A DNA stretch of 64,000 nt from Phycisphaerae bacterium (lineage in GTDB: Bacteria; Planctomycetota; Phycisphaerae; Sedimentisphaerales; Anaerobacaceae): positions 2,185 to 66,184 of the forward strand of contig JAUWAY010000008.1 of NCBI GenBank assembly GCA_030601845.1, given 5' to 3'. The notes under the pieces were generated by a model. It worked only from the letters and a program-made list of their open reading frames with translations, was not told the DNA's origin and searched no databases. Position 1 is the first letter of the stretch; the number at the start of each line of letters is the position of its first letter. The position numbers and the translations under genes are program-made. This document shows, piece by piece, positions 46,947-56,470 of the stretch.

Positions 46947-48055
46947 AGATAAAGGATATTGTAAAGGCAATTGACAAAATAGTTCCGCTTGAATTGGCGC
47001 AGGACTGGGACAATGTGGGACTGCTCATCGGCGATGCGCAGCGGAATGTAAAAAGTATTCTGCTGACTATCGATATAACCGGTGAGGTTGTCGCCGAGGC
47101 AAAAAGACTAAAAACCGATTTGATTGTAAGTTATCATCCGGTGATATGGGACGGCCTGAAGAAAATCACCACTGAGGGTCAAAGCAGCGTTGTCTATGAT
47201 TTGATTCGAGCCGGCATTTCGGTCTTTTCGATACACACCGCTCTGGATTCGGCCATAGGTGGTGTAAACGATGGCCTTGCGGAGATTATCGGTATTGTCG
47301 ATGGTAAGCCGATCGGCGATTATGTCAAGAGCGCTGCAGGTGATAATTACAAACTCGTTGTGTTTATTCCCGTCGAATCGGTAGCGAAAGTTTCAAATGC
47401 GGTTTTTGCCGCCGGTGCAGGCCAAATCGGAAGCTACAGTAACTGCAGCTTTCAAACCGAGGGGACGGGCAGCTTTTTGCCGTTGGAAGGTGCAAAGCCA
47501 GCTATTGGCAAAAGGGGAAAATTAGAGAGAGTGCCGGAGATAAGATTTGAGGCGATTGTGCCGGCCGGGAAACTGGCTAATGTAATAGCTGCGATGAAAA
47601 AGGCGCACCCTTACGAGACACCGGCCTTTGATATTATCAAACTTTACAACGAGCAAAGCAAATTCGGCCTGGGCAGAATCGGTAAATTAGCTGAGCCAAT
47701 GCGATTGAACAAGGTTATAGAGAGAATAAAAGAATATACTGGTGCCAAAGCTGTCGGAATAGTCGGAGACGACAACCGGTTAGTTAAACGAGCGGCGGTT
47801 TGTGCCGGCTCGTGCGGCAAAATCATCAATGCGGTTATAGCAGAAAAATGTGACTTGTATCTAACCGGTGAATTAAAACATCATCAGGCTCTTGCCGCAC
47901 AAGAAGCTGGCGTCACCTGCATCTGTTTGAGCCATACCGTCTCGGAACGGTTCATATTAAAAAAATTCGCCAAACAGTTGCAAAAGCAAATAAAACAAAT
48001 GACAATCAGGATAAGCAAAAAGGATACGGACCCATTTAAGTGGAAAAAGCTATGA
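46943..48055 (+). CDS. Nif3-like dinuclear metal centre protein (GTP cyclohydrolase I type 2 homolog)
   Basis: AQDWDNVGLLIGD, VSYHP, IHTALD, GELKHH. The ATG at 46943 overlaps the pabC stop (ATGA). Confidence 0.88.
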   Translation: MKIKDIVKAIDKIVPLELAQDWDNVGLLIGDAQRNVKSILLTIDITGEVVAEAKRLKTDLIVSYHPVIWDGLKKITTEGQSSVVYDLIRAGISVFSIHTALDSAIGGVNDGLAEIIGIVDGKPIGDYVKSAAGDNYKLVVFIPVESVAKVSNAVFAAGAGQIGSYSNCSFQTEGTGSFLPLEGAKPAIGKRGKLERVPEIRFEAIVPAGKLANVIAAMKKAHPYETPAFDIIKLYNEQSKFGLGRIGKLAEPMRLNKVIERIKEYTGAKAVGIVGDDNRLVKRAAVCAGSCGKIINAVIAEKCDLYLTGELKHHQALAAQEAGVTCICLSHTVSERFILKKFAKQLQKQIKQMTIRISKKDTDPFKWKKL

Positions 48056-48648
48056 CAGAAGAACAACAAATTGCAAATGGCAAATCGCCGGGCGATAACC
48101 GATTTGCGACGGGCGACGAGCTGACAGTTGAGTCGGTGGTGGAAGCGGTTCTCTTTGCCAGTGATGAGTCCCTGACGGTGGCTCGACTGGTAAATATTGT
48201 GGGTACAAACGTAAAGCAAATCCGCCGGCACATTAAAAATCTCAACGACAAATACCAGACCGGCAATAACGCCTTTAGAATAGAGCAAATCGCCGGCGGC
48301 TATCAAATGCTGACCCTGAGCGTTTACAATCACTGGCTAAAAAAACTACTTCGGGTCCGCAGTGAAAGCAAACTAAGCCCTGCGGCACTGGAAACGCTTG
48401 CGATAATTGCGTATAAACAGCCGGTTATGCGGGCCGACATCGAGGCCATAAGAGGCGTTGCAGTCGGCGAGCTCATCCGAAACCTTATGTATAAAGGACT
48501 GGTTAAGATTGTTGGCCGGGCAGAAGTCTTAGGCAGACCGATGCTATATGGCACAACAAAAAAGTTCCTGGAGGTCTTCGGCCTAAATTCCCTCAAAGAC
48601 CTGCCAAAAGTTGAAGAACTGAGAAAACCGGATGAATTAGTTGATTAG
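48052..48648 (+). CDS. scpB: segregation and condensation protein B
   Basis: VEAVLFASDESLTV, IAGGYQM, LSPAALETLAIIAYKQPVMRADIEAIRGV, GRPMLYGTTKKFLEVFGL. The ATG at 48052 overlaps the nif3 stop. Confidence 0.92.
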   Translation: MTEEQQIANGKSPGDNRFATGDELTVESVVEAVLFASDESLTVARLVNIVGTNVKQIRRHIKNLNDKYQTGNNAFRIEQIAGGYQMLTLSVYNHWLKKLLRVRSESKLSPAALETLAIIAYKQPVMRADIEAIRGVAVGELIRNLMYKGLVKIVGRAEVLGRPMLYGTTKKFLEVFGLNSLKDLPKVEELRKPDELVD

Positions 48649-48736
48649 CAAATTGGTTGATTAGTGAATTAGTAACTAATTCGCTTACACGGCGGTCTTG
48701 CCAGTCTGGAATTTTTTCAAGGAAGGTTTATCAATT

Positions 48737-50056
48737 ATGAGAACTGCATGTCGAAGTGCACTATTTTACGCATATTGGTCCCTTATGTTAACTATCATCA
48801 TGGTTGACTTGGCTGCGGCTGAGAACTGGCCTGGTTTCAGAGGGCCAACGCGGCAAGGTATATCCCATGAAACTGGTATCCCTGTTAAGTGGAGCACCAC
48901 GTCGAACATAGAATGGAAGACGCCGATCCCGGGTGAAGGCTGGTCGTCACCCATTGTTTTCGACAATTATGTGTTTGTGACAACGGCGACAGATGCAGGT
49001 GCCTCATTTCGTTTGTTGTGCCTCGACCGGCTAACCGGAAGCGTCCTTTGGGACAAAGAGGTGCTCCGACAAAAACCCGGACATAAGTCGAGACAGAACT
49101 CGTATGCCTCGTCCACGCCGGTGACCGATGGCCAACAGGTGTATGTGCTGGCTTTCGATGGAAGTCTTGCTGCGGTTTCAATGAAAGGCACTGTGGTCTG
49201 GACTAACCGTGACTTTCCCTATTACAGCGAACATGGGTTAGCAGTTTCGCCGATTGTTTATAGAGACCTGCTGATTGTTCCTTTTGACGGCAGCAGTGCC
49301 GGCCCGGACAAATACCTCGGCTGGCAAAAACCATGGGGCCAGGCCGTCGTAGTTGCCCTGGATAAAAATACTGGAAAGGTACGCTGGAAGGGGCGGCGAG
49401 GCCTTTCTCGCATCGCACACGTCACACCGCAGATCCTCACCGAAAATGGCCATGACCAGCTTATCAGCTCTGCTGGCGACGCTGTACAGGGATTCGACCT
49501 TATAACTGGTGAGAGGATTTGGACGCTCTCTAATCCGGGCGAAGGTGTAGTGCCTTCTGTTGTCATTGGTGATGGACTCATCTTCACGACCTCTGGATTT
49601 GGCCAGCCCACGATTCGTGCCATTCGAACCGGAGGCAAAGGTGATGTCACCCAGACTCATATTGCGTGGGAGTCGCCGGATGATGTTCCGATGATACCGT
49701 CGAAACTCTACGTTAAACCCTACCTCTTCTCAGTCACCGAGGCCGGCGTCGCTAAGTGCTTAAAAGCAGCAACCGGTGAGGTCCTCTGGAGAGAGCGTCT
49801 GGCAGGTCGCTTCTCGGCATCGCCCATCTGGGCTGAAGGCAGGATTTATTTTCTCTCGGAAAGAGGCAGAACTACGGTAGTCGAAGCAGGACCAGAATTT
49901 AAGGTCATTGCCGAGAACGAGATCGAAGAGAAGTGCTGCGCCAGTCCCGGTGTTTCGCAGCGCCACATTTTCATCCGGTCGGAGAATAATCTCTACTGTA
50001 TCGTAAATTCACTCAAAGACCTGCCTAAAATCGAGGAGCTCAAAAAACCGAATTAA
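48737..50056 (+). CDS. PQQ-like beta-propeller repeat protein (secreted)
   Basis: AAGGAAGG lies upstream of the ATG at 48737. Signal peptide, ENWPGFRGPTRQG, repeated blades. The last 15 aa copy the ScpB tail. Confidence 0.85.
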   Translation: MRTACRSALFYAYWSLMLTIIMVDLAAAENWPGFRGPTRQGISHETGIPVKWSTTSNIEWKTPIPGEGWSSPIVFDNYVFVTTATDAGASFRLLCLDRLTGSVLWDKEVLRQKPGHKSRQNSYASSTPVTDGQQVYVLAFDGSLAAVSMKGTVVWTNRDFPYYSEHGLAVSPIVYRDLLIVPFDGSSAGPDKYLGWQKPWGQAVVVALDKNTGKVRWKGRRGLSRIAHVTPQILTENGHDQLISSAGDAVQGFDLITGERIWTLSNPGEGVVPSVVIGDGLIFTTSGFGQPTIRAIRTGGKGDVTQTHIAWESPDDVPMIPSKLYVKPYLFSVTEAGVAKCLKAATGEVLWRERLAGRFSASPIWAEGRIYFLSERGRTTVVEAGPEFKVIAENEIEEKCCASPGVSQRHIFIRSENNLYCIVNSLKDLPKIEELKKPN

Positions 50057-50071
50057 CCAAACCAAAGACCC

Positions 50072-51454
50072 TTAGTTCGGCAGCGTTGCTTTCCAGGTGA
50101 GCAACTGGCTTGAAAGGTTCTGGACAATCTGAGACTGGCTGTCGGCTAAGTTATTCAGTTCCGTCGGGTCATCAGGTATATTGTAAAGCTCCAAGCGACT
50201 GCGGTCGGGATTCATCAGCAGCTTCCAGTCGCCGTCGCGGATGGCCAGCATCGGGCTTTGGTTGAGGATATGGCCTTTGATGCTGAAACGCCACTCCCAC
50301 ATTATCGGCTTGGTCCGAGGGCGAGATGTGCCGAGCAGTATGTCACTGACGTTTTCACCGTCGGGATTCAGCCCCGCGGGTACCTGCACGCCTGCAAGCT
50401 CGCAGACAGTCGGCAGGAAATCCACGCCGGCGATTACAGAGGTGTCATCCGTCCTGCTGGCAGGTACGTGTCCCGGCCAGCGGACGATAAACGGCTCACG
50501 GACGCCGCCTTCGTAAATGCTGCGTTTTCGGCCGCGGAACGGACCGGGGTCCCCGACTCCGCTGTGACTGGCGTTTCGGATATGGATGTCTTCGGGGCCG
50601 TTGTCACTGGAGAAAATAACCACCGTGTTTTCAGCAAGTCCGAGCTGGTCGAGTCTATTAAGGAGCCGGCCAATTTGCTCGTCCAGGTTTGTAACCGAGG
50701 CATAGTATATTTGCATAGCCCCCTTGTAAGGCACACCTTTCGGGCCAAACTGGCTGTAGGGTGCCATCTGCTCTTCAGTCGGATGTAGCGTCGCGTGCGG
50801 GACCAGCGTCCAGGCATTCAGGTAAAAAGGATTGGTCTGATTTTCTTCGATGAAGCGGATTGCCTCGTCAACAATCAGGCCTGTGGACTGGGCCCGGAAA
50901 TACGGCTCATACAGCTTTGTGTCCCAGGTTGGGCCGTTGGAAGTCGTGGTGCGATGGTCGTCTATCCCGTAGGCGCCGGGGTCAGGTGCGTCGGAACTGC
51001 CGCCCAGGTGCCACTTGCCGAAGTGACCTGTGGCATATCCGGCCTGTTTGAGCAGCTTGGTAATTGTTGTAACCTGCGGGTCGAGATAGTTCGGCATACC
51101 ACGGCTTTGGTTTTGCTCGACGGATGCAAAATGGCCGTGAATCCGATGGCGAGCAGGATAATGGCCGGTCATAATTGCCGCCCGGCTGGGCGAGCAGACC
51201 GAGCCGCAAACGTAAAACTGTTTGAATAAAGTACCCTGCTGGGCGAGTTTATCGAGATTTGGTGTTTTGATGTTAGGGTGGCCGTAACAGCCGAGGTCGC
51301 CCCAGCCCAGGTCATCGGCAAAAATGAAGATGATATTGGGCCGGCCGGCGCTGAGACGCACCTTCAAAGTGCGATTCGACAGCACTAATCCTCCTACTCC
51401 GACCGCAGCGCATTTTTTGAGAAAATCGCGGCGCGTATAAACGTATGAACTCAT
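50072..51454 (-). CDS. sulfatase (formylglycine-dependent) with Tat signal
   Basis: RRDFLKKCAAVGVGG, FADDLGWGD, CSPSRAAIMTG, GKWHLG. Confidence 0.93.
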   Translation of the reverse strand: MSSYVYTRRDFLKKCAAVGVGGLVLSNRTLKVRLSAGRPNIIFIFADDLGWGDLGCYGHPNIKTPNLDKLAQQGTLFKQFYVCGSVCSPSRAAIMTGHYPARHRIHGHFASVEQNQSRGMPNYLDPQVTTITKLLKQAGYATGHFGKWHLGGSSDAPDPGAYGIDDHRTTTSNGPTWDTKLYEPYFRAQSTGLIVDEAIRFIEENQTNPFYLNAWTLVPHATLHPTEEQMAPYSQFGPKGVPYKGAMQIYYASVTNLDEQIGRLLNRLDQLGLAENTVVIFSSDNGPEDIHIRNASHSGVGDPGPFRGRKRSIYEGGVREPFIVRWPGHVPASRTDDTSVIAGVDFLPTVCELAGVQVPAGLNPDGENVSDILLGTSRPRTKPIMWEWRFSIKGHILNQSPMLAIRDGDWKLLMNPDRSRLELYNIPDDPTELNNLADSQSQIVQNLSSQLLTWKATLPN

Positions 51455-51494
51455 ATTCTGGCCTCCTTTTTATCCGATGTTTTCCATATAACCT

Positions 51495-52442
51495 CTATCC
51501 AGATGTTCCAGCACCCGGGGACGGTGGTAATGTGGGTTTGCCTTTCAGATAGCCCAACGAACAGAGAAATTCGTCGGCGGCACGAACAGTTTCATTAAAT
51601 GAGCTGTTATCCTTATCTCTTCCGTAATTAAAAAAGCCATGACCCTTGCCTTCGAAGGGGACAAGGCGGCAAACGTTGCCGGCTTCCTTCATCGCCTTGC
51701 AGAAGCGCTCCACACTTTCAAATGGGACTTTCTCGTCAGCAGTTCCGTGAAAGATAATGCAGGGAGGAACACCCTTCTTGACGTGATGCAGGGGCGAGAG
51801 TTCCTCCCATCGATTCTTAAACCTCTCATCTATACGCCTATTTTCCGGTATGCTGCCCAAGTCGACTGCCGGGTTGAACAGGACTAATGCGTTGGGTTTA
51901 GAACTGATACTGTGGTCTTCATTTTCTTCTTCGAGTCCCTCAATTACGGCGGTGCAGGCTGCCACGTGACCGCCTGCTGAGCCGCCTGCTGCGACGATTT
52001 TGTTAGGATTGACGCCAAGCCAGGCGGCGTTGGCCCTGACCCAGCGGATGGCGGATTTAGCATCGATAACACATTCGAATGGTGATGTACCGTGTCTGCT
52101 TTTTACGCGATATTCAGCGGAAATCGCCACCATTCCGCGAGAGGCGAAGTAATCAGACTGGTGGTAAAACTGTGTAGGGATGCCGCCGGTCCAGGCGCCG
52201 CCGAAAAAGAATACTATGGCTGGTGACAATGTTTTCGCATCCCGATTGGCCGGCTCAAATATATGCAGTTTTAATTCGGCTTCGCCAATGGTTTTGTATA
52301 TCACCAGCTTCGGCTTTATAGTGGTTTGTTTGGAATTTATTTGCTGCCCTGAGGCCGCTGCTGAAAATACAATACCTGCTATGCAGGCCAATGATATTGC
52401 AATAGTACTTTTCATCTTTTCGACTCCTTTATAATTTTGCAT
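51495..52442 (-). CDS. alpha/beta hydrolase (HSL/family IV-type esterase)
   Basis: Signal peptide, FFFGGAWTGG oxyanion region, nucleophile elbow GGSAGG, HGTADE. Confidence 0.88.
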   Translation of the reverse strand: MQNYKGVEKMKSTIAISLACIAGIVFSAAASGQQINSKQTTIKPKLVIYKTIGEAELKLHIFEPANRDAKTLSPAIVFFFGGAWTGGIPTQFYHQSDYFASRGMVAISAEYRVKSRHGTSPFECVIDAKSAIRWVRANAAWLGVNPNKIVAAGGSAGGHVAACTAVIEGLEEENEDHSISSKPNALVLFNPAVDLGSIPENRRIDERFKNRWEELSPLHHVKKGVPPCIIFHGTADEKVPFESVERFCKAMKEAGNVCRLVPFEGKGHGFFNYGRDKDNSSFNETVRAADEFLCSLGYLKGKPTLPPSPGAGTSG

Positions 52443-52567
52443 TAGCTACTCGCTATTCAATTTACTAGTGCCCTGGCACGAGCCATCCGGGGGACACTAT
52501 TTTAGTGTCTTTTTGGCCGATTCCAATAACAAAAACTGTTTTTTAGCGAGTGCGTTTTCTCATCTGC

Positions 52568-54535
52568 TTACCATTGCGCCAGGGGCTTTAGTTCCACCGT
52601 CTTAACAACATTGCCATCCTTCCATACTGGTGAGAGCAGAACGGTAACCCGCACACTGCCTTTGGCTTCTGGCAATCGCACCATAAGCCGCTTGACACCA
52701 ATATTGCGTTTTTCTGGCGGCTTTTGCTCGGCTGAAGCAACCACAAATTCCGCATCGGCAGGAGAGAGCACTTTCGCAATGAGCTGTTTACCATTGAGAG
52801 TAAGTACCGCAACTCCATTTTTCCTGATGACAATATCCGCATCCGTTGTCATACCCCAGACCACCTCGCAAGGCTTTTCGAGCTCGAACTCATCCTGCAC
52901 AAGCATCGCTCGTCGGTTCTGCACCATTGCAACCCCTCGAATCGTATACTTTGAAAACTTGTAGTAGGCGCTTGTCAGATCAACAAGAACCACCGGGCAG
53001 ACCCCATTTATTGCAGTCTTAATGAAGCTGGATTTTGCTAAGGGGTCCTGACCCTCACCGCCCATTAGCGGGACGTTGTGACTGGCCGAACCCAAACGGT
53101 AATAGGTCCACCGCTTACCTTCCTTCTTTCTGTCCCAGTAACCGGGCAGGTTATAGTTGTCCGAGCCGAGGTCGCGTGCCCATCGAACGCCGAGGGCGTC
53201 GAGCTCGAAATTGCCCAAATCGAGATGGCCGTGATTGACCTGGTTGAAGCCGGCCTTGACACCAACAAACAGCGATTCGGGGTCATCCCAGCCGCTGCGG
53301 AACACCACCACCGGCACATCACCACGGAAATAATGGTCGAGAGCTTTGGGGTAGGGCATATTGGCGGAAGGGGATATATACCAGACCACGTGTTCGGGAC
53401 TGGCATCGTATTTTGCAAGCACGGCGTGCTCGGCATCAGCAAATAACGAATTGTTGTAGGTGCGCGCAAGCCAGAACATGCACGGCATAGGCCTTCTCGA
53501 GTTTTTTTCTCCGCTGTCGGCGAAGTTCAGAAACTGACCTGTGGGACCGGCCGTCCATATCGGGAACAATCCCGCCTCGGACAGACCCGTGATTTGCGAG
53601 AGGCCGAAGTCTTTGCCCAGAGCGGTATGCAGCGCCGTTAAGCCGTAGGCGGTGTATCGCGTGGCATAGTGCCAGTAACCGGGGCCTTCCGGCCACGCCC
53701 CATCCGGCCCGTAGGTCCGAAGGGCGGTTGGCAAGGCTGCCACTGCCTTGGGAACGATGAAGCGTGCGAACTCGGGGTCGGTTTCAGCGATGGCAAGGGC
53801 CCCTATCAACAGTCCGCCGTTGCAGACCTGATTCCAGTTATACCGGGCCAGGTTACCATTGGGCCTGACCCACGAGGTGCCTATGCCGGTTTCTCTGCTT
53901 GCGCGTCCGGTTGTATAAATAGTGCGTTCTTTGGTGTATTGCTCTATGCCAGGTTTCAAGCCGAGCTCGATAAGGCCGGCTCTAATCTTTCTGCGAGTTG
54001 GCTCATCCAGGTAGTGGTAGAGCCAATCATAGCCGACCCCCACGGCATGTGACATCTCGGCTGTGTCGAGGAAGTGCGACGGATTCCAGTCGTCAAAGGC
54101 ACACACAGCTAACAGGTTTTCTGTGGCCCTGGCTGCATACTTCTGCTCGCCCGTCCATCTCCAAGCCAGGCCAAGGGCGTAAACCCGGTTGAGGCATTCA
54201 CGACTGACGTAAAGAAGGCGCGGCCCAATCTTGTCATAAGTAAGCATCGGCTTTTGGCAAGAGGCATCAGCATGCTTAAGGACATCCCGCACATACTCTT
54301 GTAGAGCTTTATCTTTTTTATGCAGTTGCTTAAGGCGTTCCAGGTCTTTGTCCTTTAACATCAACCGCGGGTGGCTACTATCGAGTGTAGCCAGAATGCC
54401 GGCCGGCTCCACAGCGACCTTCTCATCCGCTGCCAAAACGCCGTGGCAGCAAAGAAGGACGGTTGCCAACGTAACATATAGCGACACCATTTTACAATTT
54501 TTCTGGGTTCCCATTTTGCAAGCTCCCAAATGCAA
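52568..54535 (-). CDS. heparinase II/III-family polysaccharide lyase
   Basis: Alpha/alpha toroid N-half and C-terminal HGHLDLGNFELDALGVRWARDLG motif. The likely true start is the ATG at 54490 (MVSLYVTLATVLLCCHGVLA signal); upstream codons overlap a repeat. Confidence 0.82.
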   Translation of the reverse strand: MHLGACKMGTQKNCKMVSLYVTLATVLLCCHGVLAADEKVAVEPAGILATLDSSHPRLMLKDKDLERLKQLHKKDKALQEYVRDVLKHADASCQKPMLTYDKIGPRLLYVSRECLNRVYALGLAWRWTGEQKYAARATENLLAVCAFDDWNPSHFLDTAEMSHAVGVGYDWLYHYLDEPTRRKIRAGLIELGLKPGIEQYTKERTIYTTGRASRETGIGTSWVRPNGNLARYNWNQVCNGGLLIGALAIAETDPEFARFIVPKAVAALPTALRTYGPDGAWPEGPGYWHYATRYTAYGLTALHTALGKDFGLSQITGLSEAGLFPIWTAGPTGQFLNFADSGEKNSRRPMPCMFWLARTYNNSLFADAEHAVLAKYDASPEHVVWYISPSANMPYPKALDHYFRGDVPVVVFRSGWDDPESLFVGVKAGFNQVNHGHLDLGNFELDALGVRWARDLGSDNYNLPGYWDRKKEGKRWTYYRLGSASHNVPLMGGEGQDPLAKSSFIKTAINGVCPVVLVDLTSAYYKFSKYTIRGVAMVQNRRAMLVQDEFELEKPCEVVWGMTTDADIVIRKNGVAVLTLNGKQLIAKVLSPADAEFVVASAEQKPPEKRNIGVKRLMVRLPEAKGSVRVTVLLSPVWKDGNVVKTVELKPLAQW

Positions 54536-54577
54536 AAAATGCTCGTAAAAAGTGCACTGCGATTTTCAACATTTCTT

Positions 54578-55024
54578 TTACAGGGCCAACTCTGTACCTT
54601 CCCGTCCGTAGTCGTCCTCGTGGCGGTATTGGTCTTGCGCTTTCCACTCGCCAAAAGACACTACAAGCATCCGAAAGGGCTTGTCCTCGGCCCAGAACCG
54701 ATGCTTAACACCCGGCCGAATAAGAAACTCGTCATTGGCACGGGGATGATGGACCTGCCCATCCAGTGCCAGACCGGCACCGTCATCAAGGAAGTGAAAA
54801 AGCTCGTATCGAAGTTGGTGCGAATGGAGGCTGGACCGCCCGCCAGGCCGTACATACGTCAGATCAACCGAGCAGAGCTGGTTGCGCACCACCATTTGGA
54901 TATGGCCCCAGGGCCGCTCCGATTTGATGGTCTGTTGTCCGTTCCGTGGATCAGATTTGTTCACAATCGTTGTCCTCAAAGCGAATTCTTTACAGCTTAC
55001 TCTGGTATCGTCCGGAATTTCCAA
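54578..55024 (-). CDS. cupin domain protein (mannose-6-phosphate isomerase type II-like)
   Basis: RPWGH...VRPGGRSSLHSHQLRYELFHFL...IRPGVKHRF two-motif cupin signature. Confidence 0.8.
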   Translation of the reverse strand: MEIPDDTRVSCKEFALRTTIVNKSDPRNGQQTIKSERPWGHIQMVVRNQLCSVDLTYVRPGGRSSLHSHQLRYELFHFLDDGAGLALDGQVHHPRANDEFLIRPGVKHRFWAEDKPFRMLVVSFGEWKAQDQYRHEDDYGREGTELAL

Positions 55025-55238
55025 ACTGTCACTATTTTAGGGCATGGAAGGCCGATTTCAAGAACAAACAGTGTCATTCTTCGGCTGGTCTCTCAATCAA
55101 AATTGCAGCCAGGCAGGGCAAGAGTAAACAGGGAGTATCGAATGCGGCCAGTTGCAGCAATAAACGCCCGTTTCTGACTTCGGACGGGGCTACTGCAAAG
55201 AAGCTTGTGAAAAAAACTGTGTTTGAGGATAGCTTTGA

Positions 55239-55266
55239 TTGACATTACATCAGGTAACGGTATATT
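55239..55266 (+). promoter_or_regulatory. sigma70-like promoter for the GT4 gene
   Basis: TTGACA (55239..55244), 16-nt spacer, TATATT (55261..55266), 38 nt upstream of the ATG at 55304. Confidence 0.4.
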
Positions 55267-55303
55267 CCAGGGAGGGAATTGCTGAAGGTAAGGTTTTATA
55301 TTT

Positions 55304-56440
55304 ATGAGTTCAGATAGTAAACAAGGCCCGATACGGGTGTGTTTCATTTCACCGAAGGCGTATCCGTTGTTTAATCCCAATGTCAAAGAAGTACTCGGCG
55401 GTGCAGAGGTTGACCTGTATTTTCTTGCAACGGAGCTGGCAAAGGACCAGAATTTTGCGGTCAGTTTCATTACGGCTGACTACGGGCAGGAAAAAACCGA
55501 GATGGTTGAAGGCGTCAGCATTATTAAAAGTGTGAATTTTAAGAAAAATCCACTAAACGGTGCTCTCAGAGTTTGGCGGGCAATGCGCCGGGTTAATGCA
55601 GATATATATGTTTTGAAAACACCTTCACCCGGCACCCCACTGGCAGCATTTTTTTGCCTGCTGCACAACAAGGTCTTCGTTTATCGTACTGCCCACGAGT
55701 GGGAATGCAACGGGACGTATCTCAGGCAACATCGCCTTCTTGGCAGAGCATTTTCGTGGTCACTACACAAGGCGAGGGTTGTTCTTACACAAAACAAAAT
55801 AGATAAAGAGAACCTGCAGCAGTCTATCGGTGTTTCCTCGATAGCAATACCAAACGGGCATCGCCTGCCGCGGTTATCTCGTCAGCGGCGGGAAATCATA
55901 CTCTGGGTTGGTCGAAGTGCTCGGTTTAAGAGACCGGGACTTTTTATAGACCTTGCTGAAAAAATGCCCAGCGAAAGATTTACTTTTGTTTGTCAACGAG
56001 CGACTGGCGATGAGGATTACGATGCGCTGGTGGCTCGGGCGGGGGAAGTTGAGAATTTGCAATTTATCGAGCGGGTGCCGTTCGGCGAGATTGACAGCTA
56101 CTTTCAGCGTGCGAAGGTTTTTATAAATACCAGCGACTCCGAGGGTTTTCCCAACACCTTTATCCAGGCGTGCAAGTGTGCGACGCCGATATTGTCGCTT
56201 AACGTAAATCCTGATGGACTTTTGACCAGATACGACTGTGGGATTTGTTGCGAGGGTGATTGGCAGCAGCTTCTAAGTTCGCTGAATTCCATCCTTTCTG
56301 AGAGCCGGGCCGACCAGCTTGGCAAAAATGGGCGAAAGTATGCCGAGCAAAACCACGATATAGAAAAAATCGTCGAGCGATACAAAAAATTATTTATCGA
56401 GGTAAAAGAAAAAGCACGGTCTGCATTGTTGCAAAACTAA
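55304..56440 (+). CDS. glycosyltransferase family 4
   Basis: GGAEV near the N-terminus, C-terminal E-x7-E region TSDSEGFPNTFIQA, 378 aa. Confidence 0.88.
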   Translation: MSSDSKQGPIRVCFISPKAYPLFNPNVKEVLGGAEVDLYFLATELAKDQNFAVSFITADYGQEKTEMVEGVSIIKSVNFKKNPLNGALRVWRAMRRVNADIYVLKTPSPGTPLAAFFCLLHNKVFVYRTAHEWECNGTYLRQHRLLGRAFSWSLHKARVVLTQNKIDKENLQQSIGVSSIAIPNGHRLPRLSRQRREIILWVGRSARFKRPGLFIDLAEKMPSERFTFVCQRATGDEDYDALVARAGEVENLQFIERVPFGEIDSYFQRAKVFINTSDSEGFPNTFIQACKCATPILSLNVNPDGLLTRYDCGICCEGDWQQLLSSLNSILSESRADQLGKNGRKYAEQNHDIEKIVERYKKLFIEVKEKARSALLQN

Positions 56441-56470
56441 TTAAATCTTAGGATATTACCAGGACAAGCT

